A DNA stretch of 64,000 nt from Girardia tigrina (lineage: Eukaryota). Under the pieces are notes generated by a model. The model was not told where the DNA came from. It saw only the letters and a list, made by a program, of their open reading frames with translations, and did no database searches. A program made the position numbers and the translations under genes. Below, in pieces: positions 60,101 to 64,000 of this stretch. The stretch spans positions 1 to 64,000 of the forward strand of contig MQRK01243625.1 of assembly GCA_001938485.1 (NCBI GenBank). The letters run 5' to 3'. Numbering within the stretch: position 1 is the first letter of the stretch; each line of letters starts with the position of its first letter.

Positions 60101-60859
60101 AACTTATCACGGAGATTCAGACCTTCAGTTGAAGAGAATCAATGAATGCCACAATGGTGAAAAGGAAAGAGAACGAGAAACAATCCTCGTAAGGGCCACA
60201 AATAATGATTGAATGAGAGACACTGCTGCAGCTGGAATACTTTTTAAAATATGGAGTAGTAAAGTAATTTTATAGAAAGTAATGAAGAGGTAACATAGTT
60301 AAGTAGACTTAAGAAATATTTTTTAGTCCATTGAATCTCTTGGGAGTTATGAAATTTCGGATAAACATAGCGTGGAGATCAAAAGGTATTGTGTGAAGCC
60401 CGAAAAATTTTATTGTTGAAAAATCTAACGACAAAGGAAAATCACCATTTATAGAACTTGGCCTTTAAGAAAGAACAAAATTCTCTCGCGTATCTCATTG
60501 GAATGTTCGCAAGCAATTGACTTTCATTATATGTATTTACGGAATTAAATCGGTCAATAACTATAAAATACTGTTGACATAAAATAAGCTTTAATGGTGA
60601 TTAGGATTGTTCATTCATTGAAATTAGAATACAATATTAAAAAACATGTATTTGCGAACAAATAGCGATTATAAATATAAAATAAGCCACATAATGTGAT
60701 ACGAAAACCACATTGCTTTTTTTTATTTTTAATTAATTTGAGTTAAGTTAATCTATGCTGAATTTTAATCAGATTATATGTTTTTTTTATTTTGCTAGTC
60801 CTATTTCAAAATCTTACTGCAATATGTAAAACAGATATTAATAAGCTGGTTGAGAGAGC

Positions 60860-61050
60860 CTATTGAACATTGATTTTAGGGCAGTGTGACCTAATTAACG
60901 ATGCTTCATACGAAGAAAGATATCTATATATGTTTGATTTTAGGCGTTTAAATATAATTACTGAAAAAATAGTGATTATATGGGCTGGAAAATCAACATT
61001 TCCTAAGCTACATGTAAGTAATGGCAATCTATAGCACCCATTCATCAAAG
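60860..61050 (-). mobile_element. non-LTR RT remnant
   Basis: CYRLPLLTCSLG...IIFKRL resembles the YRPISL...RL RT motif. Confidence 0.4.
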
Positions 61051-61703
61051 ATTACAGTCCTCTAAAGATATACTAAAGATATATATAAACTTCGTAATAC
61101 TGCTGGAGAGTGCCCTTCATTTCTCTGAATCTGTGAATAGGGTAGTGTCTTGAGCGCCTTCGGGTCAAAATTTAAGATTCGAGAAATAGCGATTATTAAA
61201 CTATCAATTTCTAATATTAAAATCAAGGATGTAGAATAGTAACAATCTTAACAATAGAGAGTTATATTGCGTGATGAATAGGCGACTTTATCGTCACATT
61301 AATCATTTGTAGGTTTAATACAGAGGGTCGAAACTCCTCGCTAATTAAAACCATTCGACTAACACAAATTAAATGATTGAACGAGAAGGGGAAATTAATC
61401 GATTGAAAGAGCAAAATTACATTTATGGGAATAATATAGTGGTTGAGAATAAAAGATAAGTAAATCAAACGATTAAAATAACTAAATTTCAGGAAACAAA
61501 ATTTATTAAAAAATATATTCTACAATAAAACCTAAATAATTATAAAAATTAATATCTGTAAAATATAAGCAAATAAAATTTAAGAATAATAGTAAAAATA
61601 AAATAACCGTTATCCCGATTGAATAGTTAATTGCGTGTAAATAAAAATTTGTGATTCCGGAATTTGACAAAAAAATTTCAATTGAAAACAGTAGTTGTAA
61701 GTC

Positions 61704-62139
61704 GGGTCACATTAAACTGTGATCCTCTCATCCTGTAAGGATATTAAGTCTGAGGCTTTTTAGGAGGTTCTGAGACGCTTATGGCTTCGTAAGGCACCCC
61801 CCCCCTATGTAGGGATTTAGATGCCTAAGCTCCACCGGAGAACCAGTTTCACAACACCCCTCACCAAGATTAGAAACCTTGTATCATTGCGATGCAGTCC
61901 ATCACATGACTGCAGGGTCACGACTCCCTACAGCTTAACACTCAGCTTTTTGAAGCTAAGCCTTCAAAATATTGGTTTACTAGTCCAATATCGATACTTC
62001 GGCTGCCGACTTTTCAAACAGCAAAAGGCTCAGCTCAAGACGCTTTAGCCTAGAGAAGAGAACTCTAGTTACCCAGGGAAACCGCGCGGAAGTACGTCCA
62101 ATCTGGCCTTGCACTCAGAGATCCCTGACATTAAACTGT
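61704..62139. other. ~430-bp GC-rich, densely base-paired island bounded by a 12-bp direct repeat
   Basis: ACATTAAACTGT at 61709-61720 and 62128-62139, with at least seven 6-8 bp stems inside. Confidence 0.6.
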
Positions 62140-62899
62140 AAATTGGATTACACTCTTGATTCAAATTGTATTTACTGTGCCTCTCTATACTGAATTGAGT
62201 TGTTCTTTTGGGAAGTATGGTATCAATAAGTTGCATCATAGAACGTCACAATCTCTGACGTGAGTATAAACTGATTTAGTCTCTTTTAAAAATTTTATTG
62301 CGAGAGAAATGAATTTGCATTTAGTTTATATACCAAAACCACCACAAAGGACGACCATGATTCTCAGTCAATTCCCTAGGTCTTAAGTGTATTTTCTTGG
62401 ATGTTTTCTGACTAGAGGGAGGCATGTAAGTTATTGTATTCAGGATTTATGTGTTTGTTCGCGTTTTGCTATGGAAGGCTCGTAAACCCGACATATGATT
62501 CAAACCGAGCGTCAGTGTGTTAAGTTGAAATTGTTAACTGCAATGTCGTACGTCTAATATATGAATATTTTTTATTTATCTTCGGAGGTTTACGAATAGA
62601 AAATTAATGTTTGGGTCACATGCGTGCCGTGAAGTAAGTGTTCTGATTTCTCTAATGTGGAAGCGTCTGTTTAATCCAGGGTCTTTCACACGAAAGGGAG
62701 AGGTGTTAAGTGTAATGATGATTGATACTTTTAAATACTCGGTTGCAATATATGTTCAAGTGAACGACTGTTTTTCTTGATCTGACTGACGGTTTACTTG
62801 GGTTGAATTATAATTATTTCTAATTTCGGACAAAGGCTGATTCATATCCAGATAGTCATTGAATTAGTCACTGGGTAGACTTTATTGTTAAATAATTTT

Positions 62900-63130
62900 C
62901 TCGTTAATCAATCATTATTATTTATTTATCATTATTTTAGATCTTGAAAAATGTGGCGTTACTAGTTTCAGGGTCGTTACAAAAGGTTTCATGCGTATAT
63001 ATAATCTTGAATATACGACCAAAACAATATGTAATATGAGTGAAACTTTCATTTAAGTTGATGTTCCAGGTGAATGCAATGCAGAATTTGTTTTTATAGG
63101 GTTCATTTGCTTTATCCAAAGTAATTTAAC
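62900..63130 (-). mobile_element. Possible APE-endonuclease LINE remnant
   Basis: FTWNIN...IIYTHET resembles the APE N-terminal TWN.N...I.LQET motif. Confidence 0.4.
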
Positions 63131-63361
63131 CAACAATTTTCCCTGCTACTTTTCATTACCAGTTAAAGAGAAATTAAAAATAAAAATAAGTGACACCCGC
63201 AATACCCGGGAGATAAAATAAATTTCAACTGCCAGCCGATGTGTCATTGAATACACTATCTAAAGAAAAATTTGGAGGTGTCTATGATGAATAGTATACC
63301 AATAACGACTACCAATATACTGCTGGAGGTAACATACATGTTCCATAAAAAGGAATACAGG

Positions 63362-63428
63362 GGTAATGAAAAAAGAGGGTTAGGGTTAAAGTTTCGTCAA
63401 ACCCAACCCTAACCATAAACTCATTACC
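63362..63428. repeat. Short foldback with inverted TTAGGG-type repeats
   Basis: GGTTAGGGTT (63378-63387) / AACCCTAACC (63405-63414), nested in GGTAATGA/TCATTACC. Confidence 0.7.
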
Positions 63429-64000
63429 TCAGGAATGTGTGACATTATCCTTTGATGTCTGCTCTATTACTACTCATGATATTGACACTGTCCATTGCAC
63501 AAAGGTTGGAGGAGTAGCAAGTTGTATTCGTAGAAGATATAAGTGATGACGTCAATTATGGTGAAGAGATTGTGTCTAATTGGATACTGTTGTGTACCTC
63601 AACATTTTCTTTTACAAAGAAATATATTTCTGTTTAGTTTTTTTTTCTCTTTGTAAAAAGAAATGATTTTTGTTTACTGAAAAGATTTGTTTTAACAAAC
63701 TAAAAAAATTTGCATTGTAAATACACAAATTCAATTTTAGATTTCTTGCTTTCAATTTCGACAACATTTACAAAGGCGCTATCGAATATTAATTGATAAT
63801 TGTGTCAAATGAATCTGACGATAAATCCAAACGAAAAGCTCTCGATCAACGGAATCGAAAATATCGACGTGATTGACTTTCTCGAGACTCTCTGTAAGTC
63901 ACTCGGCGACAGAATCATTTACCTGCACCGTGCAGGCTGCACGGCCGCAAACCTCTGAGAATTCGGTTTTTCGCGAATGACGACAAATTCTTTCCCGGTA

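Overview
AT-rich (roughly 70% by eye) animal genomic DNA from a draft assembly with several N gaps. The 44-51 nt spliceosomal introns and the transposon set are consistent with a planarian-type flatworm, but this cannot be proven from the window. Host genes: (1) the first six coding exons of a thioredoxin + NDP-kinase gene (NME8/NME9 type, minus strand, running off the left edge); (2) a five-exon gene for an ~81-aa protein starting MGC; (3) a two-exon gene for an ~298-aa uncharacterised protein. Genes 1 and 2 each have an RFX X-box-like motif just upstream of the ATG. Most of the rest is nested transposon debris: mariner, Tc1, DD37E, pogo/Tigger, hAT, MITEs, Ty3/gypsy, Penelope-like elements and RLE-type (R2/NeSL-like) non-LTR retrotransposons. 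The most unusual items are an RLE retrotransposon 5' region with a canonical 43-nt intron and a structured AUG-less leader, a mariner carrying a FAM177-like host ORF, several GC-rich highly base-paired islands (two with an enclosed H-type pseudoknot), a minimal Penelope-type hammerhead ribozyme, and a compact cluster of orphan mini-genes. All gene models, alignments and folds were done by eye; family assignments come from recalled motifs, not database searches.
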